A stretch of 63,982 nucleotides of DNA, filler included, from Aduncisulcus paluster (lineage: Eukaryota), in assembly GCA_024181965.1 (NCBI GenBank). It is 6 parts of 6 records of this genome, joined end to end, with 100 filler letters (N's around TTAATTAATTAA, not from the genome) between each part and the next. Parts side by side here need not be neighbours in the genome. Positions count along the whole stretch, not along the records: positions 28,680 to 39,313 come from BQXS01012637.1; positions 39,414 to 53,607 come from BQXS01012639.1; 4 more parts are not named here. The stretch is one strand, 5' to 3'. Positions within the stretch are counted from its first letter, which is position 1; each line of letters opens with the position of its first letter. The notes below the pieces were generated by a model that was given only the letters and a program-made list of their open reading frames with translations, searched no databases and was not told where the DNA came from. The position numbers were made by a program, and so were the translations under genes. This document shows positions 33,292 to 47,117 of the stretch, in pieces.

Positions 33292-34410
33292 ATGAGTCAA
33301 AACTATGTTCGAAATGCCATTATTATTGGCTTATGTTTTTCTTTAGTTAATATCGTGTTTCTTGTTGGTCTAATTGTGATACATCGTAAATATCCACATA
33401 TTAAATTTCCCAACGCTTTAAATACGATTATTTCATTCCTTACAGACTTTTGCCTTGGTTTCATCTTTGCTTGTCTAATGAGTGAATCGATTTTCTATTT
33501 CATTTTTTCTCTGTTTATTTTTGCATCAATTTGGATTATTCTACTTAAATTTACACTGAATAGTCAATTTGGAACAATTCTTTGTGACTGTTCTCGTTCA
33601 TCGAGTCCAAATGATATTATCACGAAAGCTTGTGAACATAAACCTTCAATATTTCTCCGAGTACGATCTTTTCACATTCAATATGGCGAAAAAATTGAAG
33701 AAGATGCTTTTCCAACTCTTTTTCTGCGCTCATCGTTTGAAGTTCCTCAGACAACTCCCCAACAGAATCAAGAACCAAAATCTGGGCTATGGGCCGCTAC
33801 CACCAATGTAAAGTATTCTTATTGTGAGGATTTTCAAATACCATTTAGATATTTTCTTGATTATTCCCACTCTGGGATGCACCAAAATAGTTCATTTCCT
33901 GCTTCCTCTTTGACTGATATTTTTTCTCAATTTCCATTGGGATACGTGAAATTGATTCCTCAAATTCATGTTTCTCGTAGTTTTATGAAGATTATTAATT
34001 CCACTAAAGAGGAATTGTACAAAAAACATCAACATCGAGATAGTGGCATAACTATCGAAGAACACGTTGAATTGCCACTTGAAGTTTCTCAATTTGCTTA
34101 TTTTAGCCCTCAATCTGTCTTGGAATTTGCTACATCTACAGAAAATCCTGACAAACTACCATTGATATCATCCGATTCAGAAACTTCTAGTCGTAAAAAG
34201 AGGCTTCCATTTTATTATAGGGTATTTGGAGGAGAATATCATACGTTGGCTTTTTGTTTGTTTTGTGTTTGTCACTTTTTTGGCCAATTATTTTGGTTTG
34301 AAGCCCTCTATCGATTCCACTCGATTGATATCGAGTGTTCCATTGTCAAGAAAGTATTTGCCGACGATGAATTGGAAAAATATCTCGATGAAAAGTACAA
34401 AAGAATATAA
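33292..34410 (+). CDS. Multi-pass membrane protein, possibly TMEM151-like
   Basis: 372-aa ORF, three N-terminal hydrophobic helices and one C-terminal; PSIFLRVRSFH motif. Confidence 0.6.
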   Translation: MSQNYVRNAIIIGLCFSLVNIVFLVGLIVIHRKYPHIKFPNALNTIISFLTDFCLGFIFACLMSESIFYFIFSLFIFASIWIILLKFTLNSQFGTILCDCSRSSSPNDIITKACEHKPSIFLRVRSFHIQYGEKIEEDAFPTLFLRSSFEVPQTTPQQNQEPKSGLWAATTNVKYSYCEDFQIPFRYFLDYSHSGMHQNSSFPASSLTDIFSQFPLGYVKLIPQIHVSRSFMKIINSTKEELYKKHQHRDSGITIEEHVELPLEVSQFAYFSPQSVLEFATSTENPDKLPLISSDSETSSRKKRLPFYYRVFGGEYHTLAFCLFCVCHFFGQLFWFEALYRFHSIDIECSIVKKVFADDELEKYLDEKYKRI

Positions 34411-34993
34411 TTATCGCTATTTTCCGGGGTTTAAATAATTGCTATTTTTGTATTTTTATTTTATTCGTGTTTGGCCAGGCTGGTTTATGTTTGCTTCACA
34501 TGAGGTACTTTATCTCTGTTTTTTGTTTGTTTTTGGAGTTTTGATAATGAAAACTTGTGTGAAGATTTTATATTAATATTTTATTTGTATTACTATCATC
34601 GTTATTTTGATCATATTTAGCTTTTCTTATCGTTTGTTTGTTTCTCATTATCTGAATATAGATATAATATAATTCTCTGCTATTTATTATCTGACGTTCT
34701 ATGTTTTTCTCTTTATCTGTTTCTTGCTTTGTTTTGTGGCTATTGTTCATTGCATCCATTCTCTCATATTCATTATGTCATAAATTATGATACTATAGTC
34801 TATACTATAATCATTATACTATAATGTTTATTCAAGTGATTGGAATCATCCTGTTTGATTGCCTCGATTGTTTGATTGACTCGATTGTTTGATTGTATCG
34901 TAACGATATCGTTTGATGCCACGAATGAAGATTTTCCAGTGCTTTAAATTGAGTTTAAATCAATGGTTTAAATGAATAAAATTAGGCTGATAA

Positions 34994-35572
34994 TTACACA
35001 AAGTTGGTTCCACGAAGCTCATAACCACCAACTTGGGGTTGAACGAAGACCTCATTGACGGATCTGACAGGGGCTTGCATTTCTGTAGCTGCAGGCTTCT
35101 TGAGCTTTTCAATTTGATAATTGTGAGATGACACACCGCATCCGATTGCCTTTAATACACTGATTATGGAAAGCCCAATAATAGCCCACCAAAGATATTT
35201 GACATAATCAGCATAAAAGTCGTCAAACAGGGAGAAGAGTATATAAACACCTTGACACTGAAGAAGTAAAGTGACACCAGCAAACGAACCTGGGACGGAG
35301 GAGAACTTAACACAACAACCGGCCTTGGGATCATCCAGGTCATTATCTTTCCTGTACTTTGTGGCATAGGCAATGCCTACAATTCCACCGACGCTAGAAA
35401 TGGCAGAGAACCAAAAAATTCTCCTAACAATGGCATACTCCCATGGTATCCAGGTGGGATTGTCCTCGGTAGCCGACAAATAATCCCAGGCCATTGGAAT
35501 AGCATAGAGTATAAGGGGTATGAACAACCCATATATGCACGCAAGAGGAATAGAGGCGAAAAATATACACAT
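34994..35572 (-). CDS. Hypothetical four-TM membrane protein
   Basis: 192-aa ORF with four hydrophobic segments, flanked by AT-rich intergenic DNA. Confidence 0.7.
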   Translation of the reverse strand: MCIFFASIPLACIYGLFIPLILYAIPMAWDYLSATEDNPTWIPWEYAIVRRIFWFSAISSVGGIVGIAYATKYRKDNDLDDPKAGCCVKFSSVPGSFAGVTLLLQCQGVYILFSLFDDFYADYVKYLWWAIIGLSIISVLKAIGCGVSSHNYQIEKLKKPAATEMQAPVRSVNEVFVQPQVGGYELRGTNFV

Positions 35573-36558
35573 GTTTAATCAAAATGTCTCCAAAACCTAA
35601 AAATTCAAGTTGGCAAAAAGCTTGAGAAATATATATTATTGAGGGAAGTAAAACAATATCACTTTGCAGTCGAAAAGAAGAAAAACAATACCAAGAATGC
35701 AAGATTATAAGTCTTTTTATAATTTTTTTTTCTCTAAATATTTGAATGGAATATTGTAAAATGAAAGTCAAGCGCCACAGACTGTCTTTCAATCATATGG
35801 AATATTGTGCAACTTTAGGGGGGTAATATAGTTTGCATATTGTATAAAAGATTATTTTTTCCAAGCAGTGAATAAATTTGTCCAAGATAAAAGGAGTTTT
35901 GAGAAAAGAAAACGAAGTGGTCGATGAAAACTTGGATTTATCCGATGGATTTGTCGATAAAAATAACAATCCAATCGATTGAATCCGATTTAATAACGGA
36001 ATGATCATATTACTCGTGATATTCATGGAGATCCGGGATAATACGGTTTACAGGCATAGAATGCGGGCATAATGAAAGTAGATTACATGAATGGAATAGA
36101 AGAGCAAAACTNNNNNNNNNNNNNNNNNNNNTTTGAGAAAAGAAAACGAAGTGGTCGATGAAAACTTGGATTTATCCGATGGATTTGTCGATAAAAATAA
36201 CAATCCAATCGATTGAATCCGATTTAATAACGGAATGATCATATTACTCGTGATATTCATGGAGATCCGGGATAATACGGTTTACAGGCATAGAATGCGG
36301 GCATAATGAAAGTAGATTACATGAATGGAATAGAAGAGCAAAACTAATTCACGAATTCGTTGGAATTATTACGAACAAAATGTCCATCTTTGTTGTAAGT
36401 AACCAAATTGTAAAATGAAAAATATTCGTTTTGTCAATTTCCCATTTTGTTTGCTATCTTGGTTGGATATCCACTAAACATTGGTGGTTTTCACGTCACT
36501 GTAAACAAATTCACGAGATCTTAACGGTTTTGTTTTGTAATTTAACGCCATAATCTCA

Positions 36559-37059
36559 ATGTATGATTATGATTTGAAAAGAGGTGCCATATTTACTGAT
36601 GGTGCCGCCAAAGGGAATCGTCGTGGGCAGTCCCAAGCTGGTTATGCATATTGGATCCCATATGATGAAATTCTGTTCTCCACTTCTGACCCAGACATTC
36701 ACACGAATAACCAGGCAGAACTAATGGCTATTCTATCTGTCCTTGACCACATCTCTGACTTTGATGATGAATTGGGGATAACTCGATTCTCTCATTATGA
36801 CATTTATTCAGATTCTGAGTACGCTATTAACGTAATAACATGGAAATGGATGGTAAGACGCGGGAGAAACCTAACCCTTATCAAAAGATGCCAATATTTG
36901 CTTGGATACCTTGAAGATCATGGCATTTCAATCACATTCCATCACGTATATGCCCATCAATCATACTCCCATTCAATGTCCGTGAGAGAGATGTTTGAAG
37001 CAGAAAACAATGCAATCGTGGATAGGGAAGCTTCGAGGGCTGCATCACGAGGATGGTGA
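36559..37059 (+). CDS. Ribonuclease HI (type 1), catalytic domain only
   Basis: IFTDGAAKGN, TNNQAELMAI, YSDSEYAIN, HVYAH, NAIVDREA: complete DEDD plus H motif set. Confidence 0.9.
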   Translation: MYDYDLKRGAIFTDGAAKGNRRGQSQAGYAYWIPYDEILFSTSDPDIHTNNQAELMAILSVLDHISDFDDELGITRFSHYDIYSDSEYAINVITWKWMVRRGRNLTLIKRCQYLLGYLEDHGISITFHHVYAHQSYSHSMSVREMFEAENNAIVDREASRAASRGW

Positions 37060-37979
37060 GTGGACACCAATGGAGTTCGATTGCTTCCATGTGCAGCATG
37101 TTGATGCATATCTATTGATAAAATATACGCGGAACAGTAATAGGTCAAACAGCATCATGATGGCTATTCTCGGAACTTTGAGAAGACGGTAGATGGAGGA
37201 ACACCACTATCTGTACCAAACAATTTGTAATATCCAGAGATATATTCCAAAGAAATAAAAGAAATAATTAAAGAAATAAAACGCAAATGAATGAATATCG
37301 GGTGTTTCCTTGGCTAATCTATCGTTATATACAAGCGATATCAGAAAAAAAAATGCAATTATCCAAGAAATAATAAAAAAATAAAAAAATAATAAAAAAA
37401 AAAAAAAGAAATAGATCTAAAAAAGTTCAATTAACGAGGGAAAACAGATAATAATATAAATATGGGGATGTATTGTTATTATATCGTCTAGAAAATAATG
37501 ACTAAGTGTTTTAATATAGAAACTACTATTGAAATCAAAAAAAAAAAAAAAATATCATATTTATAATTTATAAAATCCAGACCAAATCTGCATGTACATA
37601 AGTAAAATTAGATGAAAATTAGCATAACAAAAAAATAATATTAAAAAATTACTTCGAAGAACTATATAAAATATATTTTGTGTACAAAAAAGCTGTACCA
37701 TCAAAAAATTACCAATATTTGAATTTCCAATAATCAATCGAAAATATAATGTTTTAGTAATTAGTTAATAAAATAAATAAAGAATCAGAAGATTACATAA
37801 ATAAATGTCAATAGAAAAGAAAAGCAATAAAATGAACAAAATAGGTAATTTAATCTAATAGATGATAAAGGAAAAGAAAAAAAAAAATAGAGCATGAAGA
37901 ACAAATGAAATTATTGAAAATTTACGCATTATAATATTATTATTAATTGAAAATTAATTAAAATAAACAGAAAATATCG

Positions 37980-39313
37980 TTAAACTCCAGTATTTGGAGA
38001 ACTTTCATCCGAATATGTTGCGATCCTTCCAAATTCCGCAGCGTTTGCTTCCTTTCGCAACTGGATTGCTTCCGTGTTCACTTGTTGAGCTAGAGTCCGA
38101 GTATCACACATTTTAAGTATGAATGGGGCAGGATGGAGATATCTACAACTCTCACGGGTGCATCTTTGGTTGAGATGATCCTTACAAACACCATACAAAC
38201 CCATGGATAGTATGATAGGTTTGTAATAAGAAGAAAACACAACAAGCTCAGCCGGAGATGGGTGATAATATTGACATCTAGACCCTCGAAGACAATGACC
38301 ACGCAGAAACTCCCTACAAACATTATCCTTTTCTACTTGTGGATCAACCACACCTCCTTTCATTTCCATCCCATGAAGTTCCTTCATGTCCTCTTCCTCT
38401 CTCTCTCGAGACGGGGCACAAGACATCAGAGAAGGACTTGAATATCCATGGTTAGTGGCATATTGCAACCCGGGGCCATCTTGGGAAAGGTCCAATGCAC
38501 GCGGAGTTGTATGCATGGTGGGTGGATCTTGATGTTGAGGCGGACAATATGACATTGTCTGGCCAGAGATAATGGGAGAGAACGACTGTCCTCGATCAAG
38601 ATGATCAGGTGGGGAAATGCTGGCTGGGTTGGACACATCAAGACGACCATCAATGGTACGACCGACGTCAACCACGCCAACATCAATACTCGGACCAAAA
38701 TCAGAACCCGGCTGATGGTGTTTGGGGACAAACTGTTTAGCGATTGGGTAAGATGATCGAGCTGGGTGAGGATATGAGGATAATGACCGTGAGAGCATGT
38801 AAGTTGGATGGGTAGAAATGATTGGAGGTGTGCCCGGATATGTATCATAGGGAGTTGGAGTGGATCTGTCTTGGACATACATGTGTGTAGAGGTGTGATG
38901 GGGCATTTCAAACATCTGATACTGTGCGTGAGGATGGTCAACGTGAGAGTAATGAGGAGATTGGTGAGGGAGTTGGGAAGGTTGTTGGAACCGACGAGGA
39001 ATCGGAGCAGTCATTGAGGAATAAGAAGGATGTTGCATAGGCATAACAACGTGCGGAGGTTGATGCTGATCCATGGGACTAGGTGGACTAATTCGGGCAC
39101 TATGACTCTTGGGCTGACCGCACGAAGATAGCATCGGATGTAATGCTGAGCCATGGGAAGCGGAGAGGGGGGGCATAGATAACGAGGCTGAGGAGGAGGC
39201 AGAGGAAGTCAGAGATGATTGTGTTACAATTCCATGTGGATGAACGGGAAAACTCTGAGTGGAATGGGGAACCTGGGAAGAAGGTGGGATCGGACTTGGA
39301 GAAGATGCAAATG
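37980..39313 (-). CDS. Muscleblind-like tandem CCCH zinc-finger protein (5'-truncated at contig end)
   Basis: VCREFLRGHCLRGSRCQYYHP and VCKDHLNQRCTRESCRYLHP; Pro/His/Ser-rich N-part. Confidence 0.8.
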
Positions 39314-39413
39314 NNNNNNNNNNNNNNNNNNNNNNNNNNNNNNNNNNNNNNNNNNNNTTAATTAATTAANNNNNNNNNNNNNNNNNNNNNNNNNNNNNNN
39401 NNNNNNNNNNNNN

Positions 39414-40791
39414 GGAACAAAAACAGGCAGAGAAGTCCAAAGCCAAGAGTAGCAAGAGAAGAACGTCTGAAAAGGGAGGAGAAGAAGTAGAAGTCGATGA
39501 AGATGGGTTTAGAATTGATAAGGAAACTGCAGACGTCGGTATGTTTGTCAAGAAACACGCCAGTGCTCAAGAACTCGCCAAGATCAATGCTTTGTCTTTT
39601 CCTCTTCCCCGTGAACATTTAGCTACAACCAAATTGAAGGAGAAACGTCGTAAAGCTGAGGAAAGATACCAAAAGAAACAGGAGCGTCGTAAGTTGAAGG
39701 TCATGAAAGAAGCCATGGAGACCGGTTTGAGCCGGGAGGAAGCCGAAGAAGCTGCCGGTCTCAAAGGAATGTATGATGTTGAAATGGTTACTCAAGATGT
39801 CGGCGAGAACGAGGATCCCCACGCTTTTAGCAGTAAGTCCAAGTCCAAAGCTTCCTCTGGTGGTCTCTTTGATGACTATGGTGTGACCAAGAAGAAGAAA
39901 GGAGATGTAGAAGATGAAGATGAAGAAGAACAAGAGCGTTTCATTGATGTCGGTGATGGCGATGCCGTTGGTATGTACTTTAAGGGATTTGGAGATGTAT
40001 TTGGCGATGAGGAAGAAGAGGAAGACGAAGCTGCCAAGAAGAAGAGGAAGAGGAGAGAAGAATTGAAAGAGGTTAACTATGACGATGACGATGATATGTT
40101 CGATGAGTCCTCCGATGAGAGTAGCTCAGTTGGAGACAGTATGTCTGAAGAGGCTGAGCAAAGAGCCATTGATCTCGCCATCAGTGGAGAGAAACGTTTG
40201 ACAAGGACGCAACGTGAGGCTCTCTTGGACGCCATGTACAACAGAAGGATGATCGATGAGGATGAAGACGAGAGAGCTGCTCTTCCTGACTGGTTTAGAG
40301 AAGAGGAAGAGGCCAATAATGTGTACAGTGCACCCATTACAAAGGAAGAGGTCGAAGAAAAGAGAAGAATTTTGAGGGAATCTGACGATCGTCCAATGAA
40401 AAAGGCTTTGGAATACCGTGCTAGACAGCGTATGAAGATGTTCAAGCGTGTCCAGGCTGTGAATTCACGTGCCGAGGCACTTAGCCAACGTGCTGATATG
40501 TCTGAAACTGAGAAGATGGGAGAACTTCAACGTCTCGCCGCTCGTCTGAAACGTCGTGCCGAGAAGAAAGTGAAGAAACCTAAGGTTGTGTGGGGTAAAG
40601 CTCATCGTGGGGGCGGAGGTCTCAAGGGAAAGAGGAAAGTCAAGCGTATGGATAAACGTATGCGTGCAGATGGAAAGGGACATGCTATGACTGGTGGTCA
40701 CGGAAAGAAGTATTTGAGGAAGCATGGTGGAATAGGATCTGTTGTTAAAGCTTTCAGAAAGGAAAACAAGGGTAAAAGAAAGAGGAAGTGA
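39414..40791 (+). CDS. SPB1: pre-rRNA 2'-O-methyltransferase Spb1/FTSJ3, C-terminal part
   Basis: LPDWFREEE...PITKEEV...RPMKKALEYRARQRMK and VKRMDKRMRAD match the Spb1_C domain; 5'-truncated. Confidence 0.85.
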
Positions 40792-41355
40792 TTGAATTGG
40801 TTTGCTTAGATCACATTTTATTTATCATTTTTTCCAAAAATCTTATACTCAATGTTTCACTTTCCGAAGAATGATGGGCCAACGCTCCTCACTGAAGCAT
40901 TATCATTGGTTGATATTTTGCGAAATTATTCTCTAATGATTTATATTCATTCTTATGATATGTTTTCGACAATAAAAAGTTAAGTTTTGCCTTGATGGCC
41001 TATAAAAAGTCTTTTTTCTGTGGAGATTGAAATATCAGTATAATAGTGATATTTTGAGATTGATTATAATTTATATTGATTTTAATGAGAGATAAACCAC
41101 TTCTTTAATTCAAAATACTCCATGATAACGATTTGAGCGATTTTTGATTTTCCCTGGGAATAAACTGATATTTATCAACAAAATATTACTTTAACATTAT
41201 TTTAAAAAATAATTGTGGAAACTTTTGGATCTACTGTCGATTTTTGAAGAGTTTCCGAACTCCAGCCTTTTTCTTGCCGTATTTAACTTCCAAAGAAGTT
41301 TTTTCCGGGTAGATCACCGACAATTTGATATATAAATTCATATTCAAAATACTTA

Positions 41356-44300
41356 ATGTTGTCTCCAGCTACACCTACATTGCCAGCTGATACACGCAAG
41401 CATTCGCCTATAATGAAGCTTTCTCCTTCAAATTCACTCAACAGAACAATTTGTAAGCCTTCAATGCCACCTTCTTCATTATCTTCATCATCTAACAGAC
41501 CTAAATCCCCGACTAAAGCTCGTGGTCTTGTAGCTCCTAAATCACCGATATTACAACCTAGGCCTTCCAGTTCTAGAATGTCTCGTCCCATGTCTGCTTC
41601 AAGTATCTCTGAAGAATCCTCAATTTCATTATCTTCTATGGGAATTGATAAACATCGTTTTATTGAGAAGTCTATTCCAGATTTTCGTAGTGAATCTGCC
41701 AGAGATATTGCCAAGAGACGTTCTGTTGTTGTTATGTCTCCTACATTTAAACCATCATCAAGTTTAGGCTCTATTGGTCCATGCAACGATAGTTCCAAGA
41801 GAAAACTAATCGAAAGTGAGGATGAATCATCTGATGAGATCATAGTCTCAGAGCCAAAGCCAAGATCTCCAAGAATCTTGGCAGCTTCCCTTCCAGAGAT
41901 GGTCAGCGAGAAAGTCATTACCAATCCTTGTGCCACCTCACCTTTATCACCTGATAGAAACAGACGTTTCAAGAAACGTAAATATAATGTCGCTACCTCC
42001 AGTGTCGAGACTCAAACCGTCATGGCTGAGCCAATCCACCTCCATGAGCACCACCATCACCACATTCCAATCACACCAGGCTCATCTCGCCCCCAGAGTG
42101 CTACACCAAAGTCGAAATCGTCATCGTTGCTCAGCCCTCAGATGCCCTCGATGGATTCCCCAGTTACTACTGCCCTGTGTCTCTCCACTCTCCACCAATG
42201 GGATAAGAAGTCAGAAACCAGTCCCCGTACCCTTACTGTGACCACAAGTAGCTCTCGTTCCGTCCGTCCTGCTTCCTCATTGGGACTCGCTTCAACCCAT
42301 ATCAGAGACAAATCAAGCAATAGACACTCGATTTCCTCTCTCTCATCCCATGCCCCAACAAGCACCAAAATCTCTGTTGGAACAGCAACCACATCATCCA
42401 CTTCCACAGATTCTAAGCATGGATTTGATGAACCTCGTTCACATAAGCCTGTACATCCTGGAATGGACAAAAAGATGGATTCCTTCCCCAGACCTTCATT
42501 GGGTCCCTCTCAGACTCACCATTCTGTGTATCTTGGTGCCGAACGTGAGAGAGATCTTCGTGAGTGGGAAGAGAAGGAGAGCGATGGGGGGTTCATTACT
42601 GAATATGCCATTACCGGTGGCGATAACAAACGTATGATGCAACCGAGACGTTCATTGAAAGAACTCAGCAGCCCTGTTCAAGGTCCAGGCGTGCGTGTAT
42701 TCACACCTCGTCCAAACACACCCAAACACTTGTCTGTTGCTGTCATGGAACGTGTGGGCGACCTTCCTTCTTTCTCACCACTTCCACAAGATTCTAAGCA
42801 TGGATTTGATGAACCTCGTTCACATAAGCCTGTACATCCTGGAATGGACAAAAAGATGGATTCCTTCCCCAGACCTTCATTGGGTCCCTCTCAGACTCAC
42901 CATTCTGTGTATCTTGGTGCCGAACGTGAGAGAGATCTTCGTGAGTGGGAAGAGAAGGAGAGCGATGGGGTGTTCATTACTGAATATGCCATTACCGGTG
43001 GCGATAACAAACGTATGATGCAACCGAGACGTTCATTGAAAGAACTCAGCAGCCCTGTTCAAGGTCCAGGCGTGCGTGTATTCACACCTCGTCCAAACAC
43101 ACCCAAACACTTGTCTGTTGCTGTCATGGAACGTGTGGGCGACCTTCCTTCTTTCTCACCACTTCCACAAGATCCAAGGACAATCATGAAACTGAACGAA
43201 CGCCGTGAGCTTGAGAAAAAGAAGGAACAACTCAAGAAACAACGTGAGCTTGAAGAGAAACTTTGGAGAGAAGAAATGGACAAAGAGAGAAAGGCCAAAG
43301 AAGCAAAAGCACGCATGGATGCAGCTGTCGAACATGCTATTCCAGAAGTACTGTATCAGACGACCCCGGCAGCTGATTTCGCTGTCGACCCCAAGACAGG
43401 GAAACCTATTATTGTCCGCACCCTTGAGGAAGAGGAAGAAGAGAAGAGACAGCAAGCGTTAAAGGCTGAGAAAGAGAAGAAAGAAGCCGAGGCTAGAGCC
43501 AAAGCTGAGGAGCGGGAGAGGATGAAGAAGAGTCTTCCCAAGTATCCACACTCTGACGTAGCTAATATGCCTTCACCATCCGTCAACATGGGTATGCGGG
43601 CTCTTCCTTCAGGTAAAGCCATGACGTCTTTTCGGTCTTCCCTCTCAAACCTGGCCATGTCTCCAGGGGCCTTCCTTCTTTCCGGTCTCCTCCCAGCTCA
43701 ACTCAAGGATGAGGTGGGTCGCGTCGAACGTGGGAAATGGCGTCTTACCAGGCTTGAGAGGGAACAAGAGAGAAAGCGTGCTGCCGAGGAGTTGGCCGCC
43801 AGACGTGCCGAGAGAGACCGTATCCTTGACGAAGAGAAGAAAGCTCGTGAAGAATGGATGAAAGTTCAAGAAGCAAAGATGATGGAAGAAGAAGGAAGAA
43901 TATCCGAGATATCTTCAGATTTAACTGCTAAAGAAATCCACCAAGGACTCCCTACTACCCCAACTGTTGGTCTCTCTATGAAGTCCTCATCTTCTACTTC
44001 TGCTGCCATCTCTACTACTGCTAATCGTCACCAGCAGCATCCAACTGATGTTGTCCAGGATTCGTCACAGATTATTGACGAGACAGCTGATGCTCTCACG
44101 GGATCCTCTGAGGTTATGCACCCTCCTCCTCCTTCAACTCCTCAGGTGGTCAATTATCACCGTCATAANNNNNNNNNNNNNNNNNNNNTCAGATTTAACT
44201 GCTAAAGAAATCCACCAAGGACTCCCTACTACCCCAACTGTTGGTCTCTCTATGAAGTCCTCATCTTCTACTTCTGCTGCCATCTCTACTACTGCTAATC

Positions 44301-45571
44301 GTCACCAGCAGCATCCAACTGATGTTGTCCAGGATTCGTCACAGATTATTGACGAGACAGCTGATGCTCTCACGGGATCCTCTGAGGTTATGCACCCTCC
44401 TCCTCCTTCAACTCCTCAGGTGGTCAATTATCACCGTCATAAAGTGCATGAGAGTCTTCATGAAGAGAATTCAGAACGTAAGATGGTGAGTGGAATAAGT
44501 GAGGACAGAGAACTACTCTCAAAGTCTCGGGAAGAATCTGTTCTCGAATCTAACGCACGTTTAAAGGCTCAACGTGAGGAAGAGAAGCAGAGAATGATCC
44601 AAGAAAAGGCCAGGAAAGAACGTGAGGCTGCTGAAAAACGGTATTCCTCCAGCTTTGTGATCGCTAAGCCCATGTACCCCCAAGATGTGTCCAAATCTGA
44701 GTCAAGTGACGAAGGCAGTGAAGAAGAAGGGGAGAGATCACCCTATAAATCCATGCTTTCATCCATGATGCACTCCATTACTTTCAAAGATAGATCAAAG
44801 CTTGATGATGACGTTGATGGGGAAAGTGGCACAAAGAAGAATGCCGGAATAACGAATGGAATGGAAGCTATGGCCCCCACTGGTCGTCCAATGTCTCGTC
44901 TTGAAGATGTCCCCAGTGTTCGTCGTGTCAAGCAGAGAATTGAAGCTGGACGTAGGAAAGATGCTGATATTATCCGTTCTTACAAATCATCCTCTCCTGT
45001 TCGTTCCATGGCTTCTCCTTCCTACTCTGCCATTCCTTCCTCTATTATCCCCAATGATGTCACTGAGTCCAATAACTTTGACATTGACTCAAGCAAAGCA
45101 CTGATCCACAGCACCTATCGTCAACGGTGTGCGTCCAGACAGAGTGGCATTGGCCGAACCATTAGTCTCACTCACCCCGACAAGTCCAAAGATGCCGATC
45201 CCTTGGATAGGTATTTGTTGAGTACGAGCTCATCATCGAGCTCAGCTGGTAGTGGGTCTGATTCTGAAACAGCGGGAAGGATGAAGGTTGACCCATCACA
45301 GATCCCTCATGATGCATCTGCCATCCCCGTTCAACCACTTTCAACCGATCTTCCTGACTCTTGGTGGGACATGTATGAAATGAAGAAGAAAAGAGAAGAT
45401 GAGAGGAAGAGAGAAGATGAAGAGGAGGACGAGAAAAGAATCCAAGACAATATCGCCCTTGAGAAAAGGCTGAAACAAGACATTGATAAGAGGAAAGAGA
45501 GGGAAAGGATAGAGTTGGAGGAATTGAAACCATCAACAATACAGAAGGGAGGGATTCGGAAGGAAGAATGA
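41356..45571 (+). CDS. Large Ser/Pro-rich low-complexity and coiled-coil protein of unknown function
   Basis: ORFs 41356-44205 and 44048-45571 overlap across a gap duplication; internal 381-bp tandem repeat. Confidence 0.7.
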
Positions 45572-45994
45572 AAAAAAAAATTCTTAAAAGGAGATGATTC
45601 ACTTCTCTTATTTATAATATTTTCATTCTTTTATTGAACTCTCAAATTATCAACTGATGATTATTTATCCGTATACGAGTTTTTTTGTTGTGAAATTAAA
45701 TGTAATCTTTATTATTTTTGGTATATTCATAGAAGATTTAAATAAAATATTCTTTTTCATTCTGTTTCTTATTCTGCCAATATGCTTCCATATCCCTTCA
45801 ATGGATAAATTATGATCGGAATTATTGCAATAAACACAATGTATTATGATCATGCATTTTTTATTTGCAGGTTATAATATTGGATTAATTTACTAAACCC
45901 AAGTTATTCAACAATTATTCAAGTCCATCTTGAATTTCTCCTTTGTTCTGTTTTGATTCCTTAATCACTCATATCCACCAGTAATATTTGATTA

Positions 45995-46845
45995 ATGCAC
46001 GCTAAAGTATGTTTTTTAAACACCTAAATATTATTTTTGAATTATTTGGCTTCCCTAACTCTTCCTCCATTTAGAGAATTTTCCATGATTTAAAGAGCTT
46101 CCAGAAGGAGAAATTCACTGATAAATTCCTCCTTCCTGATCCCGAAGACTTTAAAAAACTCTACCAGCTTACCATTGGTCCTTCTGGTCCATATATGGGT
46201 GGTTTCTATTTCTTCGAGGTCGATGTTCCTGAGACATACCCTTTCAACCCACCTTCCCTCATTCATTCTACTAGGGACGGACTTGTTCGTTTTAATCCAA
46301 ACTTATATGTCGGTGGTAAAGTGTGTTTATCAGTTATCGGAACTTGGGGAAATACCTGGGCTCCTTCCCACAATTTCACAACAATTTTCCTCTCATTACA
46401 AGGACACGTTTTCAACTGGAAAGCCCTTGACAATGAACCTGGATCTCATTTCTCCGCAAGCCAGACTCAACTTTATGACGAATATGTCGCTTACAACAAT
46501 ATTAAGATCGCTGTTTGTGATATGTGGGAGAAACTCCCAGTTAAATTCTGTGAATTCAGACCCATGATGGCGAAAGAACTTGTTCTCTACGCCGAAAAAT
46601 ACTTCTATTTCTATGATAAGCATGTAGCTCCCATCAGCTCCCTTTCTATGAGTGGAATCCTCGATTGTAGGGAAACACCCGTCGACAAGGACTTGAGGAA
46701 ACGTCTTGGTAAAGTTATCCTTGATGCTAGTGCTTACTGCAAGAAGCTCAAGCTCATTAAACCTGGAGACAAAGAGGAGGCTGACAAGAAGTGGAAGGAA
46801 GAAAAAGAATTGATGGATAAGATTTATGCAAGCGAGAAGAAGTAA
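45995..46845 (+). CDS. Ubiquitin-conjugating enzyme E2, UBE2Z/BIRC6-like; intron 46007-46074
   Basis: MHAK|RIFHDLK spliced via GTATGT...CTAAC...TTAG in frame; GPYMGGFYFF, YPFNPP, RFNPNLYVGGKVCLS with the catalytic Cys. Confidence 0.9.
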
Positions 46846-47117
46846 TAAGAATAAGATATTTAATGACAGTACAATGTGATTCAAATGCCTTTCAGCCTTT
46901 CTTTTTCTTCGTTTTGAATGTAGGATAATTTTTATAGATAAAAGAGAAACACCGATGAGTGTTCTATTGCATATTTGTTGATATTTTAGAATAAAGTGTT
47001 ATTATAAAGTGTTATTTTATTGTTTTATTTTGTTTAGAATATTTCTTTGACAAGACAGATCAATATTTAACTCTCAAAAGAAAATGAATAATTTGCGAGA
47101 GGAGAGGATTATATTAC

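Noticed and set aside
42409..43170. 381-bp in-frame tandem repeat (and the 486-bp one at 51320-52291) as protein repeat domains
   Set aside because: Virtually identical at DNA level and the same size class as the gap artefacts; cannot be accepted without read support
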